DNA of 64,000 bases from Candidatus Fermentibacterota bacterium (GCA_963845085.1 CAWJQI010000004.1:544001-608000), one strand, 5' to 3'. Shown: positions 29,227 to 39,833, numbered from the stretch's first letter. Translations and numbers: made by a program. Notes: generated by a model from the letters alone, not told the origin.

Positions 29227-31722
29227 ATGTTGAAGCACAGGCTGGTGCTGGTATTCGCAATCGCTGTCGCAGCGGCGGTGTTTCTGGTTCTGGCCCACGA
29301 GTTTGACAAGCTCCGGAACTTCACGCGCATGGGCGACATGTGGAGTCTTGTCGACCTGAGGGAAGACAGACCCGCGGTTTTCGCTGAGATCGACTCTCTT
29401 GATTTCACGGAATCAGCGGTTCCCGAAAGGTCCGACACGCTGCTTTCAGTCGACGGCCTGCCTGCGACCACAACCAACTACTTCCTCATCTTCAACACGC
29501 ACAGGGCTGCAGGCGATACAATTTCCATCACCTTTCTGCACGGGGGAGAGATCCGGACCACTTCCGTTGTCACACGGTCCATTCCGGCAAACATCCGCTG
29601 GCTGACCATGGGTCTTTTCACTCTGCGGCTGCTCATCGTTTTCGGTTTCTTCTCGATCGCCTACATCGGCCTTCTCAAGCGAAAACCTTCATCAACAGTG
29701 AGGGCGCTGGTTCTCTTCAGCCTGGCGATGGCTGCAGCGCTATCCATCACATGGGGCTCGATCTCCGACGAATACGCATCGTTCACCCTGCCGAGGGAAC
29801 TGCGCGTTTTTCTGGCGGTATTCTCGCAATTCTCCTGGGCGTTCCTTCTCAAGCTTGCACTGGTCTTTCCCAGAGCCCAGTGGTCGGTCCGGATGAGGAT
29901 AGTCACATGGCTCGTTTTCGTGGCACCGCTTGTCCTGTCCGTGCCGGGCTTCTTCAGAGCGATGCAGGGCGATCAGGACGGCCTTGATGTCCCCTCGGCG
30001 GTTTACACTACCGTTTACTGTCTTCTGTCGATCGGTTTCCTTTTCCGATCGTCGCACCGGCTGATCGACCCGCTTGAAAGGCGGCAGGTTCGAATCGTCC
30101 TGATGGGTGCCCTTCCCGGAATGGCTGGGCAGATCGGCATAATCTGGTATTTCCTTCTCTTCTTCGGGATGAAATACCTTCCTTTTTCCACGCGGCTCAT
30201 GATAGGCAACGGGCTCTTTCTCCTCCTCTCCCTTCTCCCCGCATCCTTCCTTTACGCCATCCGCCGGTACGGGCTGATGGCCCTTGAAGCAAGGATCCGG
30301 CGCAGCACCCGCTTCATCGGTGTAAACCTGCTTTTGCTGCTCGCACTGATCGGCGTGTTGTGGGCCTTCGCCGAAATTGTTCTTTCCAGCATCAACGTCA
30401 CCAGCCACACCCCGACGCTGGTCCTCGGGCTGTTGCTGGCAATGGGGTTCGGCCCCACCCAGCGCCGCATCAGGATGAGACTGGAAGAACGCTTCTTCCC
30501 GGAGAGGGTGAAGCTCAGGGTTCTGCTTCGCGACTTCCTTGCATCGGGAATGGCACGTTCAGGGGCAAAAGTGTTCTGGTCGGAACTCGGTTTCCGCCTC
30601 GGGGAGGGGCTTGGAGCCCGGCAGGTCGTTCCTGTCCTGCTTCGCAACGGAGAATGCGTTGAGCCGGTTTCCGGAGAGCCGGCTCCCTTCAGCGCAAACG
30701 ATCCCTTTCTCAGGGACCTTTCGGACACGGGTCAGCCGCTGCCTCTCGATGAGATAGTCGCAAGCGGCAGGTTCGACCTGACACGCGAGCAGACGCAGTG
30801 GTTCCGCGAACGCTCAGCATCGATGCTGCTTCCGCTGGCGACGGGCGAGGGGTTGCTCGGTTTCGTCGTCGTGGGCGGGAAGACCGGAGGCGAGGACTAC
30901 ACCGCAAGCGAGCTGGAGATCCTCTCGGCACTCTCCGGCCAGATGAGCCTTGTTGTCGAAAATCTCGAGCTGCTCGAGGAACGGGTTCGAAAGGAAGCGC
31001 TTGAGCGCCAGATGGACCTTGCAAGAACGGTTCAGAAGAGGCTTCTCCCGATAAGCCTGCCGAAGGTTCCCGGGTGCACCCTTGCCGCCATGATCAAACC
31101 CTGTCTGGACGTGGCGGGCGACTACTACGATGCATTCCTCTTTCAGGACGGGAAGCTTCTTGTCGCGGTTGGAGATGTATCGGGCAAGGGCATGGGCCCG
31201 GCCCTGATCATGGCCAACTTCCAGGCGTCCATGAGAACAGCCATGGAGGCAGGGTTGTCTCTTGATGCCGCTCTGTTCAAGATCAACAGGATGGTCTACG
31301 AGAACACCCCGGAAGATATGTTCATCACTCTCTTCGCCGCATGCCACACCCCGGATGACAACTGTCTTGTCTACGTGAACGCCGGGCACAACCCCCCATT
31401 GCTTCTGAAGAAGTCCGGCGAGGCGCGTTTTCTGTCCGAGGGCGGCCTGTTGCTCGGAATACGGGCTTCATCGGAATATGCCATCGGTCGTGTCGAGTGT
31501 TCCCCGGGGGACCTTCTTCTTCTTTACACCGACGGCGTGACCGAGGTCATGAATGCAGCGGGGGAGGAGTTCGGGGAGAAGAGGCTGCAGGCGCTTGTGG
31601 CAGCGAACTCCGAGATGGCCCTTGATGAATTGTTGCACCTCATCGAGAGTGAGGCCGCCGCATGGATGGGGAGCGATGAATTCACGGATGACTTCACCCT
31701 GCTGGCAATGAGAAAAACCTGA
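29227..31722 (+). CDS. Membrane sensor SpoIIE/RsbU-type PP2C phosphatase (PDZ-like + multi-TM + GAF-like + PP2C)
   Basis: DTLLSVDG PDZ-like segment, many TM helices, AGDYYD, GDVSGKG, NAGH, YTDGVTE, DDFT. Confidence 0.9.
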   Translation: MLKHRLVLVFAIAVAAAVFLVLAHEFDKLRNFTRMGDMWSLVDLREDRPAVFAEIDSLDFTESAVPERSDTLLSVDGLPATTTNYFLIFNTHRAAGDTISITFLHGGEIRTTSVVTRSIPANIRWLTMGLFTLRLLIVFGFFSIAYIGLLKRKPSSTVRALVLFSLAMAAALSITWGSISDEYASFTLPRELRVFLAVFSQFSWAFLLKLALVFPRAQWSVRMRIVTWLVFVAPLVLSVPGFFRAMQGDQDGLDVPSAVYTTVYCLLSIGFLFRSSHRLIDPLERRQVRIVLMGALPGMAGQIGIIWYFLLFFGMKYLPFSTRLMIGNGLFLLLSLLPASFLYAIRRYGLMALEARIRRSTRFIGVNLLLLLALIGVLWAFAEIVLSSINVTSHTPTLVLGLLLAMGFGPTQRRIRMRLEERFFPERVKLRVLLRDFLASGMARSGAKVFWSELGFRLGEGLGARQVVPVLLRNGECVEPVSGEPAPFSANDPFLRDLSDTGQPLPLDEIVASGRFDLTREQTQWFRERSASMLLPLATGEGLLGFVVVGGKTGGEDYTASELEILSALSGQMSLVVENLELLEERVRKEALERQMDLARTVQKRLLPISLPKVPGCTLAAMIKPCLDVAGDYYDAFLFQDGKLLVAVGDVSGKGMGPALIMANFQASMRTAMEAGLSLDAALFKINRMVYENTPEDMFITLFAACHTPDDNCLVYVNAGHNPPLLLKKSGEARFLSEGGLLLGIRASSEYAIGRVECSPGDLLLLYTDGVTEVMNAAGEEFGEKRLQALVAANSEMALDELLHLIESEAAAWMGSDEFTDDFTLLAMRKT

Positions 31723-31727
31723 CAGGG

Positions 31728-33492
31728 TCAGAAAGGCCAGAACCTGAGAATGGCGGGAATCGAGGCCGCGAGGACGACCAGTGTCAGGGGGAGGCCCGGT
31801 TTCCAGTAATCACCGAAACGGTAACCCCCCGGACCCATCACCAGAGTGTTGGACTGGTGCCCTATCGGCGACATGAACGCGGAGGATGCGCTTATTGATA
31901 CCGCCATGAGAAAGGGATCGACCGACAGGCCGAGCCCCCGGGCCATACCGATCGCTACCGGAGCCATAAGTACTGCCGCCGCCGCGTTGTTGATGATGTT
32001 CGTGAGAAGCATCGTGATCACCATCAGGGCGGCAAGCGAAAAAGCCGGAGGGATTTGGCCGCCGATGTGCAGCAGAAGGGCGGCGATGCTTCCGGCACCG
32101 CCCGTGCTCTCTAGCGCTTCGCCCACGGGAATCAGCGCACCGAGCATCACGATGACGGGCCACTCAATGCTCTCATAAAGCTTTCTCAGGGTCACAAGAC
32201 CGGTGAGTACCATTGCCACAGCGGCAATCACGAGGGCGATCTGCACCTTCAGCAACCCCAGCACGACGGCCAGGATCGCTGCCACGAAGATGATCACTGC
32301 GGGTGCAATCCTCGGTTTGTCACCGAGTCGAAGCTCCCGCTCCGCCAGCGGCAGGCACCCGAGTGACGTGAACGTATCCTGGATGCCGTCAGCCCCTGCC
32401 TGGAGCAGAAGAATGTCGCCGCCACGGAAGCGGATGTCGCCAAGCCTGTGCGTGAGCCTTTTGCCCTGCCGCGCCACGCCAAGCAGGTTTGCGCCGAACC
32501 TGCTTCTCATGTCAATGGTTCTCGCGGTCCTCCCCACGATGAACGAATCAGGCATCACAACGGCTTCGTAAAGACCGGTTTTTACCGCGCCAAGAAGATC
32601 GTCTCCCCCTTCCGCCCATCTTCAGCCCGCCGTGCTTGGCGAAATCGCCGAGAAGCTCGGGATCCGCTTCAACAACGAGAATGTCTCCCTCCTTTATTAT
32701 CTCATGTGCCCTGGGGGCGGGTATCCTGCCACCTTCCCTGACCATGGCGAGGACCAGGATGTCCCACCTTCCGAGGGAGGTGAGTTCATTGAGATGCCTG
32801 CCGATGAATCGGGATCCCGGAAGCACCTTCAGTTCGCTGATGTACTCCTCGATGTGGAACAGCTCCCTCTCATTCCTTCCGACCGTCCGTTTCGGCATGA
32901 GCCTCCAGCCGAACAACCCGAGCAGGATTACTCCTGCGAGGGCCGCGGAAAGCCCGACGGGAGTGAAGTCAAACATCTGGAAGGGGCTTCCCACGGCCTC
33001 TTCCCTGTACAGGGAGATGATGATGTTCGGGGGGGTGCCGATCAGTGTTGTCATGCCGCCGAGAAGCGAACCGAAGGCAAGCGGCATAAGGTAGAGGGAA
33101 GGGCTTCTGTTGCTTCGCTGGGCGATCCTGAGAGCCACGGGCAGGAAAATGGCCAGCGCACCGACATTGTTCATGAAGCTCGAAAACAGCGTCACGAGAA
33201 AGGTGAGTATGAGAACCTGAAGGGTAAGGCTCTGCCCCATCCGCATCAGGTTTCTGGCAAACACATCGACCACGCCTGAATAGAGCAGACCACGGCTGAT
33301 GATCAGCACCGCCGCCACCGTTATCACAGCCGGGTGGCCGAAGCCCGAAAAAGCCTCGTCAGGATCGACCACCCCGGTCGCCACCAGCACCAGGAGTGCC
33401 ATGACGGACACAACATCGTAACGGATGCTGCTCCTCACGAACATAAAGAGCGCAGCGACGATTACTCCGAACACCACGAACTGCCCTGTCAC
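31728..33492 (-). pseudogene. SLC13/CitMHS permease with TrkA-C domains, split by a single frameshift near 32605
   Basis: ORF 32548..33492 carries SSFMNN and TLIGTPPN; ORF 31728..32558 carries INNAAA and PIGHQSN. The second frame is open back to the C5 run at 32605-32609. Confidence 0.85.
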
Positions 33493-33641
33493 GATGAACC
33501 TCCCATGCGGGCCGGTGCAAACCTACCCCGCTGTCATGGCTCGTGCAAGCGATGGCTTGAGGGGCACGGCGAATGCCTGCCCTTGTAGGGCGGGCCGCCC
33601 GGGCATATGCTTCATGGGGCCAGCCCGGGAGGTGAGTTTCT

Positions 33642-35060
33642 TTGGATGCAGCGCGGCGTGATGAGATCTGTTCCGGCAGGAAGGCGGGGGTGCTCCTTCA
33701 CCCGACCAGCCTCTCCGGCAGGTGGGGGATAGGAACTCTCGGCAGGGAAACGAGCAGCTTCCTGCAATGGGCCGGGGATGCAGGATTCTCATGGTGGCAG
33801 ATCCTGCCCGCAAACCCCACGGGATACGGGAACAGCCCGTACCAGCCCCTGTCCTCGTTCGCTGGCAACCCTCTTCTTGTTTCACCGGAGATCCTTCACA
33901 GAAACGGGCTTCTCACTGACAGGGAACTGGCGGGCGCCGAATACCCGCCCTCACCTGCCGTTGACTGGAAAAACCTTCTGCCGGCGAGGCAGGACCTTCT
34001 CCTGAAGGCTTCAGAAAGAGCACTCAAGCTGAATCCTGCGGGCTATGACGAATTCTGCAGGAGGAACGCCGTGTGGCTTGATCCCTGGTCATCCTACGCT
34101 TCGCTGAAGAGGAGGAACAACGGCGCTCCCTGGAGGGAATGGACGGCTGATGAACTGACTCCCGGCGAATCGGATGCACACCGAATGGTGCAGTTCCTCT
34201 TCCAGCAGCAATGGGACGACATGCTCGCTGAATGTGAGCGGTCCGGCATCGTTCTTCTTGGAGATCTGCCCATCTACACCTCGCTGGACAGCGCGGATCT
34301 GTGGTCCCGTCCGGACCTGTTCGAGCTGGATGCCTCGGGGGCACCCCTGGCGGTCGCCGGTGTTCCGCCGGACTATTTCTCACTCACAGGGCAGCTCTGG
34401 GGCAACCCGCTTTACAGGTGGGATGCGCACAGGCAGGAAGGTTACGCCTGGTGGTCGCTTCGCCTGGGCCGGGCTTTGGAGTTGTGCAACACCGTAAGGA
34501 TCGACCACTTCAGGGGGTTCTGCGACTATTGGGAGATTCCGGCCGGGGCTGCCACGGCTGGCGACGGCATATGGCGAAACGGCCCCGGAAAGCCGTTTTT
34601 TGAGCAGGTATCCCGCAATCTGGGAGTGGCGAGACTTCCCATCGTGGCCGAAGACCTCGGGCTCATTACCCCTGCAGTCCGAGAACTGAGAAAATCCCTC
34701 GGCTTTCCGGGAATGCTTGTCCTGCAGTTCACTCTGGCGGATCCCGCCTTCAGCCCCTCGCTTATCCCCGCGAACACCGTTCTCTACACGGGAACGCATG
34801 ACAATGACACCACGGCCGGATGGATCGAGGCTTCAGGTTCGGGGCTGACCCTCGACGAAGTTGTGGAAACGGCGCTTGGCTCTTCGGCCGGGTTGTGCGT
34901 ATTCCCGATCCAGGACATTCTCGGTCTTGGCAGCGAGGCAAGGATGAACACACCGGGCACTTCGGAGGGCAACTGGAGCTTCAGGCTTGGACCGGTATCT
35001 TTGGGCGGCTTTGCCGCCGCAAAATGGAGAGGGCTGATAGGCTCATCCGCGAGGGCTTGA
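33642..35060 (+). CDS. malQ: 4-alpha-glucanotransferase (GH77)
   Basis: GVLLHPTSL, SPYQ, GDLPIY, GVPPDYFS, RIDHFRG, AEDLG, YTGTHDNDT, RMNTPG. Confidence 0.96.
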   Translation: MDAARRDEICSGRKAGVLLHPTSLSGRWGIGTLGRETSSFLQWAGDAGFSWWQILPANPTGYGNSPYQPLSSFAGNPLLVSPEILHRNGLLTDRELAGAEYPPSPAVDWKNLLPARQDLLLKASERALKLNPAGYDEFCRRNAVWLDPWSSYASLKRRNNGAPWREWTADELTPGESDAHRMVQFLFQQQWDDMLAECERSGIVLLGDLPIYTSLDSADLWSRPDLFELDASGAPLAVAGVPPDYFSLTGQLWGNPLYRWDAHRQEGYAWWSLRLGRALELCNTVRIDHFRGFCDYWEIPAGAATAGDGIWRNGPGKPFFEQVSRNLGVARLPIVAEDLGLITPAVRELRKSLGFPGMLVLQFTLADPAFSPSLIPANTVLYTGTHDNDTTAGWIEASGSGLTLDEVVETALGSSAGLCVFPIQDILGLGSEARMNTPGTSEGNWSFRLGPVSLGGFAAAKWRGLIGSSARA

Positions 35061-35113
35061 CCTGACCCGCCCCTTCCCTGTATTTACATGCTGTAATGGA
35101 CGGGAGGTATCGG

Positions 35114-35716
35114 ATGCATGCTTTGATGTATTTATTTGCTTTAACGGCACAAATTGCTGCCCCTGTTGATGGCGACATCACCAGCGGTGCCACGCCGCTG
35201 ATAATAAACGAGTTCATGGCACTGCCCACAGCTTCGTCCACCCAGCTCAAGGGGCAGTGGGTTGAGATCTACAACAAAAGCAGCGAATGGGTGAACCTTG
35301 CGGGATGGTCCATCGAGAACCACCTCGGCGATGTTCATCTCTTCGCTTCATTCATGCTGCCTCCGGACGGGTACTACGTCGTGGGAGCAAGCAGCCTCCA
35401 TGACGAGAACGGCGGCTACTCACCAAACGGCCTGTGGGCCGACTTTTCGCTCTCCCGGTATGGTGAGGTGACGCTCTACTCCCCTTCGCATGACTACTCC
35501 GACAGGGTCGACTGGGACGTCACCTGGCCTGTCCATGACGGCGCCTCCTGCGAGCGCATCAACCCGGGCTGGGAATCTGGTCTGCCCTCGAGCTGGGGGG
35601 TCTCCATCAGCGTGTTCGGCCTTGGCGACATGGGAACTCCCGGCTGCCAGAACAGCGTCTATTCGAATTCGTTCGTACAGAACAGCTGGGCTTTCATCAA
35701 GGCGTTCATCAACTAG
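35114..35716 (+). CDS. Secreted lamin-tail-domain protein
   Basis: LIINEFMA, WVEIYN, VNLAGW, GTPG.QN; signal-like N-terminus; C-terminus SWAFIKAFIN. Confidence 0.82.
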   Translation: MHALMYLFALTAQIAAPVDGDITSGATPLIINEFMALPTASSTQLKGQWVEIYNKSSEWVNLAGWSIENHLGDVHLFASFMLPPDGYYVVGASSLHDENGGYSPNGLWADFSLSRYGEVTLYSPSHDYSDRVDWDVTWPVHDGASCERINPGWESGLPSSWGVSISVFGLGDMGTPGCQNSVYSNSFVQNSWAFIKAFIN

Positions 35717-35723
35717 AACCCGC

Positions 35724-36215
35724 TCAATCCGGCTTGTTCACGCAGAACTTTCTTGCGGACGGATAACTGTCGAGATCGTACCTTATCAATGTCTCGGGCA
35801 TGTCTATCCTGTCGAGCCTGACATCGGCTTCTCCAAGGAACTGCTCGGCCTGTCCGGCATGGTAGTCGCTGAATATCACGACCCTTCGAATGCCCGTTGA
35901 GACCAGTGCCTTGGCGCATGTAGTGCAGGGCATGTTGGTGACATATGCAGTGGCGCCGTTGAGTGAAACGCCGTTGCGGGCGGCGTGGCAGATGGCGTTC
36001 ATCTCCGCGTGATTGGTTCTGATGCAGTGGCCGTCAACGATCAGGCATCCCACCTCGTCGCAGTGGGGAAGACCGGGAAGTGAACCGTTGTACCCCGTCG
36101 CCAGGACGTGCTTGTCACGCACGATAACGCATCCGCAATGCATTCGGGGGCAGGTGGCCCTTTCGCTCGCAAGCATGGCAAGCTTGAGGAAATACTGGTC
36201 CCAGGATGGTCGCAT
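35724..36215 (-). CDS. dCMP deaminase / ComEB family
   Basis: RPSWDQYF, RATCPR, TGYNG, HAEMNA, PCTTC. Confidence 0.94.
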   Translation of the reverse strand: MRPSWDQYFLKLAMLASERATCPRMHCGCVIVRDKHVLATGYNGSLPGLPHCDEVGCLIVDGHCIRTNHAEMNAICHAARNGVSLNGATAYVTNMPCTTCAKALVSTGIRRVVIFSDYHAGQAEQFLGEADVRLDRIDMPETLIRYDLDSYPSARKFCVNKPD

Positions 36216-36227
36216 GAATTCTCCTGT

Positions 36228-37709
36228 TCACGGGTTCCAGTCCAGCTGAAGACCTGCTTCTGTTCTGGATGGACCCTCTGTCTGTTCGTAGCCCGACCCG
36301 ATACTGTCCCTGTCGTACCCGTGAAACCTGCTTATTCTGCCCCTCAGCCGCCAGTCCTCCCCGAGGGAAACCGAGATCGACGCCTGAAGCATCGCACATT
36401 TCCCATAGATCGCGCTTGAACCGAATTCGCCGGGAAAGGAAACCTTGTAGATGTAAACCCGTGCACCAAAGCCTTCGGTATCGGCAGCTGCCGCGGAGAG
36501 AGTGGCGTCCATCCCGTTCGATATTGCATGCCTCAGTCTGAATTCCGCCCCCGCGCCGGACGCCGTTGAATCACCGCCAACCCAAAGCGTCGCGGGGAGC
36601 CTGAGGGTGACAGTTGTGTTTCGGCCGGAACTCCAGGTGGCCCCAAGGCATCCCCTATAGGTTGTTTCCCCTTCAGAGGAGGCAACAGTGAGTTTCTGAC
36701 TGAGGCTTGTACGATCGAACGGCGTTTCCTCCGCCTCTGCTGCGGCCTCGACGGATGTTCCGTCGTCACTGTCGATCAACTGGAGTCCGCTCGTTATTGT
36801 CAACCCGTTGCGGGGCTTCCAGCGGATGCCGTATCCTCCCGCAAGGTTGCAGGCCTCACCGAACGGAGTTGATGACCGGATCGACGGGAAGGATGCCGGG
36901 CAGCGCCCGGCACTTACGGAATGCCTGAAAGTGCCGCTTTCACCGAACATCCCGACGAAGAAGGCGATCGGAACACCGCCGTCTTCGAAACCCAGGGATG
37001 CCTCGCCTGAGATCTCCCTGGCGCCGCTGGAAAGGTTGAAGTCGAACCCGGCTCTGCCGAGCAGTTGCGAAGAGTCGGCATTCAATCCGACAAGCACGCC
37101 GGAGACCCCCGCCGAAGGTGTTGAAATGCGGGCATAGCTCAATGTCTCCCTGATGCTTCCGCGGTCAGAGATCTCGGTAATGGATCGGTGAAGCCCGGTT
37201 GAGGACCTGTCGAGGGATGAAACTGCCTGGAAAAGGCATACATCAAATCCTCCCGTGCCGATGAGCACACCCGCGCCACACAGAGGGCGGGCATCGCAGT
37301 CGCCTGGGCTTGTTGCGGGCTCGAGCTCCTCCCTCAGAACAGGAGGCTTTACAAGAGAAAGAGGATCGGCGCCGGATGCCATCCCGCCGTGTGAGACCGT
37401 TATGCCAAGCGCCATCCTCAGCCTCAGGAATCCGGCGGAGACGCTTCGGATGGTTCCCCCTTCCTCCCATCGGAGACCGCCTGCGGCCAGGTCGCCCCAC
37501 TTCTCGCCGGGATCTTTCTCAAGAAGGATGACCCCGCTGAGTTTCCCCGCTTCGAATGCAGTGCGGTGGAAGAAGGCCCATGCATCGCCTGCCCAATGGT
37601 GCTCGATGATGCCCCTGGGGGATGGAAAACGGCGTTCGAGGCGGAACCTGGCATCGGTTCCGAAAACGAGCCATGCGATCATGACAACGGGAAGAACTGC
37701 TCTGATCAT
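36228..37709 (-). CDS. Hypothetical outer-membrane beta-barrel protein
   Basis: Signal-like MIRAVLPVVMIAWLVFG, EKDPGE motif, alternating beta-strand pattern, C-terminal GLQLDW; ATGA overlap with upstream gene. Confidence 0.7.
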   Translation of the reverse strand: MIRAVLPVVMIAWLVFGTDARFRLERRFPSPRGIIEHHWAGDAWAFFHRTAFEAGKLSGVILLEKDPGEKWGDLAAGGLRWEEGGTIRSVSAGFLRLRMALGITVSHGGMASGADPLSLVKPPVLREELEPATSPGDCDARPLCGAGVLIGTGGFDVCLFQAVSSLDRSSTGLHRSITEISDRGSIRETLSYARISTPSAGVSGVLVGLNADSSQLLGRAGFDFNLSSGAREISGEASLGFEDGGVPIAFFVGMFGESGTFRHSVSAGRCPASFPSIRSSTPFGEACNLAGGYGIRWKPRNGLTITSGLQLIDSDDGTSVEAAAEAEETPFDRTSLSQKLTVASSEGETTYRGCLGATWSSGRNTTVTLRLPATLWVGGDSTASGAGAEFRLRHAISNGMDATLSAAAADTEGFGARVYIYKVSFPGEFGSSAIYGKCAMLQASISVSLGEDWRLRGRISRFHGYDRDSIGSGYEQTEGPSRTEAGLQLDWNP

Positions 37710-38764
37710 TCCACGGTCAGGTAGCGGCTGAGTGTTTCGAGAGTGGAGGGGCCGATCCCGGGAACGGCTATCAGATCGTTCACGCTTCCCACCGGGCCGT
37801 TCCGGGAAAGCCACGCGAGTATGGCGGATGCCTTCGACGGCCCTATGCCCGGAATGGCTTCCAGCTCCCTCGCCGTAGCTGTGTTGACATTGACGGGAAA
37901 CACCACCGGAGGTTCTTCCGACTGCACCACGGAGGGCTGCAGAGGAAGGGGTGAAAAAGCCTGTCTTCCCCATCCGACCTCTCCGGAATGGCTTCCCTGA
38001 AGATCGGGATGGGTGGAATAGCCGTAACTCACTGATACGGAGCCTGCATCGATGCCGATTGAAAAGGAAAGCCTCGGCGGACCGGACAGGCAGCCGATCC
38101 CGAGGACCAGCCCGTCATGCGGGGAAAATGACGAGAACAACGCGTATTCAACACCGGTATACCTGTGATGAGCGGCTGCAGCCGAAACCTGCAGCCCTTG
38201 AACGGGAACGACCCCCGCCGACACATACACTGTTCTCGGGACAGATGGATCTCCGCCGATTTCACTGGAGCAGAGCCCCCTGCAGCCTCCGGCGAGATAG
38301 AGCCCCTCTGCGGGGCGCACCACCACAGCGGCATCGGTGCCTATCGCACAGCGGCTGCCAAAGCCCTCTATCGACAGCCGTCTTCCCGACAGGGCCACGC
38401 CTGCCAGAACACCCCTGGCGAGCCTGAATGCGAAGGCCCCGGCAATGGTGTGCTCGGAGTAGCCCCCGGATGATGTTCCGGAGATAAAACCGCCGGCGGC
38501 AGCACCGAACACCGGTGCGCTGCCCGCCACCGAAACGCGGTGCAGTTCATTGAGGCCGAAGGGGCGGGATGCGCTAATCGAGACGCCCCAGCGTTCAAGC
38601 ATTCCGGGGGCGGCAGGGTTCAGTGAGACAGCCGCGGCTGAACGGGGAAACAGGGCCGCTGCAAAACCGCCCAGCCAGGGGGATTCCTGACAGGGCTCAA
38701 AGGCGCCGGGAACATTCCGGGCAAACAACAATAAAAATGGAAGACATCTCAGTTTCATATGCAT
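37706..38764 (-). CDS. PorV/PorQ-like barrel fused to a C-terminal ComEA-type helix-hairpin-helix DNA-binding domain
   Basis: NPA motif, PFGLNEL and beta-strand pattern in the N-terminal part; C-terminal VNVNTATARELEAIPGIGPSKA...VPGIG. Confidence 0.8.
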   Translation of the reverse strand: MHMKLRCLPFLLLFARNVPGAFEPCQESPWLGGFAAALFPRSAAAVSLNPAAPGMLERWGVSISASRPFGLNELHRVSVAGSAPVFGAAAGGFISGTSSGGYSEHTIAGAFAFRLARGVLAGVALSGRRLSIEGFGSRCAIGTDAAVVVRPAEGLYLAGGCRGLCSSEIGGDPSVPRTVYVSAGVVPVQGLQVSAAAAHHRYTGVEYALFSSFSPHDGLVLGIGCLSGPPRLSFSIGIDAGSVSVSYGYSTHPDLQGSHSGEVGWGRQAFSPLPLQPSVVQSEEPPVVFPVNVNTATARELEAIPGIGPSKASAILAWLSRNGPVGSVNDLIAVPGIGPSTLETLSRYLTVE

Positions 38765-38864
38765 AAGTACGGCCCGCCGCGCTTGTTTTTCAAGAAGGAT
38801 TGACCTCGAGCGCCCACGGCATAATGATTTGATGTTGGCAAAGGGAGGGTGTGGAGGTGTTTGA

Positions 38865-39779
38865 GTGAGATACGGTTTCGCTTTTATTGTGCTTGTTTTC
38901 TGCTGTTCCGCATTTGCGGGCGGAGTGCCCTGGTCGCATTTCAGCCTCATCGACACACCCAGCGCCCAGCTTCTGCAGCACACCCAGCTCTCCTTCGGCG
39001 CAGTTTTTGCTCCATACTCCCTCGAGGACACATCAGGCGCGTCCTCAACTGAGTTTGCCTACGCTGCCTGTCTTGAGGTCGGCATTTTCAACCGCGGACA
39101 GGTGGGCGTCACATATCTGGGCGAAGGTGGTATCAGCGGGACCGCCCGTGCGCTGCTTCTTCTCGAAACGATCAAAACACCCGGCATCGCAATAGGCTGC
39201 GAGAACATCACGGGTGAGGAGAACTACGAGGCATACTCCTCGGGCGACAGTCTGTACGATTACGGTGAAAGCCAGAACTTCTCCGCCTACGGCGTGATCA
39301 CCAAAGACTTCAGCTACTACCTGAGCGTTCCGATCTGTGCGAGCCTGGGATACGGGATCGGCAGGTTCATCCAGAGAACGGGCTCAGACGACGGCTTCAG
39401 CAACCCTGTCCCCGGTCTTTTCGCAAGCATCATGGTGCACCCCTCCAGAGCTTCCGAGGTTATGCTGGAATGGGATGGCCGCGACCTGAACATCGGCGGC
39501 GAGTATGACGTTACTTCCAACGTCACCGTGAAGCTCGCATTCGCCGAGATTGAACAGAACTTCCGCTCAGAAGAGCTTCGCAACCCTTCCGACCCTGCCC
39601 AGTCCCCCAAGATATCCATCGGGGTCGAGGTCATTCTGGGTCCCCTCTTAAACCGAACCGAGCTGGACCCTTACGAAAGGCTTCGCTTCACCGAGAACGA
39701 CGAAGCCCTCGAGGCGATACGCCGCGAGCGCGAGGATGCACGGCGCAGGATCGAAGAGCTCGAACGCTCCATTCACTGA
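38865..39779 (+). CDS. Secreted beta-barrel protein (YjbH-like) with C-terminal coiled coil
   Basis: Signal peptide, LIDTPSA, EWDGRDLNIG; charged coiled-coil tail. Confidence 0.65.
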   Translation: MRYGFAFIVLVFCCSAFAGGVPWSHFSLIDTPSAQLLQHTQLSFGAVFAPYSLEDTSGASSTEFAYAACLEVGIFNRGQVGVTYLGEGGISGTARALLLLETIKTPGIAIGCENITGEENYEAYSSGDSLYDYGESQNFSAYGVITKDFSYYLSVPICASLGYGIGRFIQRTGSDDGFSNPVPGLFASIMVHPSRASEVMLEWDGRDLNIGGEYDVTSNVTVKLAFAEIEQNFRSEELRNPSDPAQSPKISIGVEVILGPLLNRTELDPYERLRFTENDEALEAIRREREDARRRIEELERSIH

Positions 39780-39798
39780 TCCTCCAGAACGCACCGTC

Positions 39799-39833
39799 TT
39801 GACAAACGGGATTTGCGGCGCAATGCTATTGCG
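39799..39833 (+). promoter_or_regulatory. Candidate sigma70 promoter (TTGACA) with overlapping palindrome cgcaat-N3-attgcg
   Basis: TTGACA at 39799, palindrome at 39819-39833, AT-rich tract before the GGAGG RBS of the DHH gene; the -10 element is a poor match. Confidence 0.45.
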
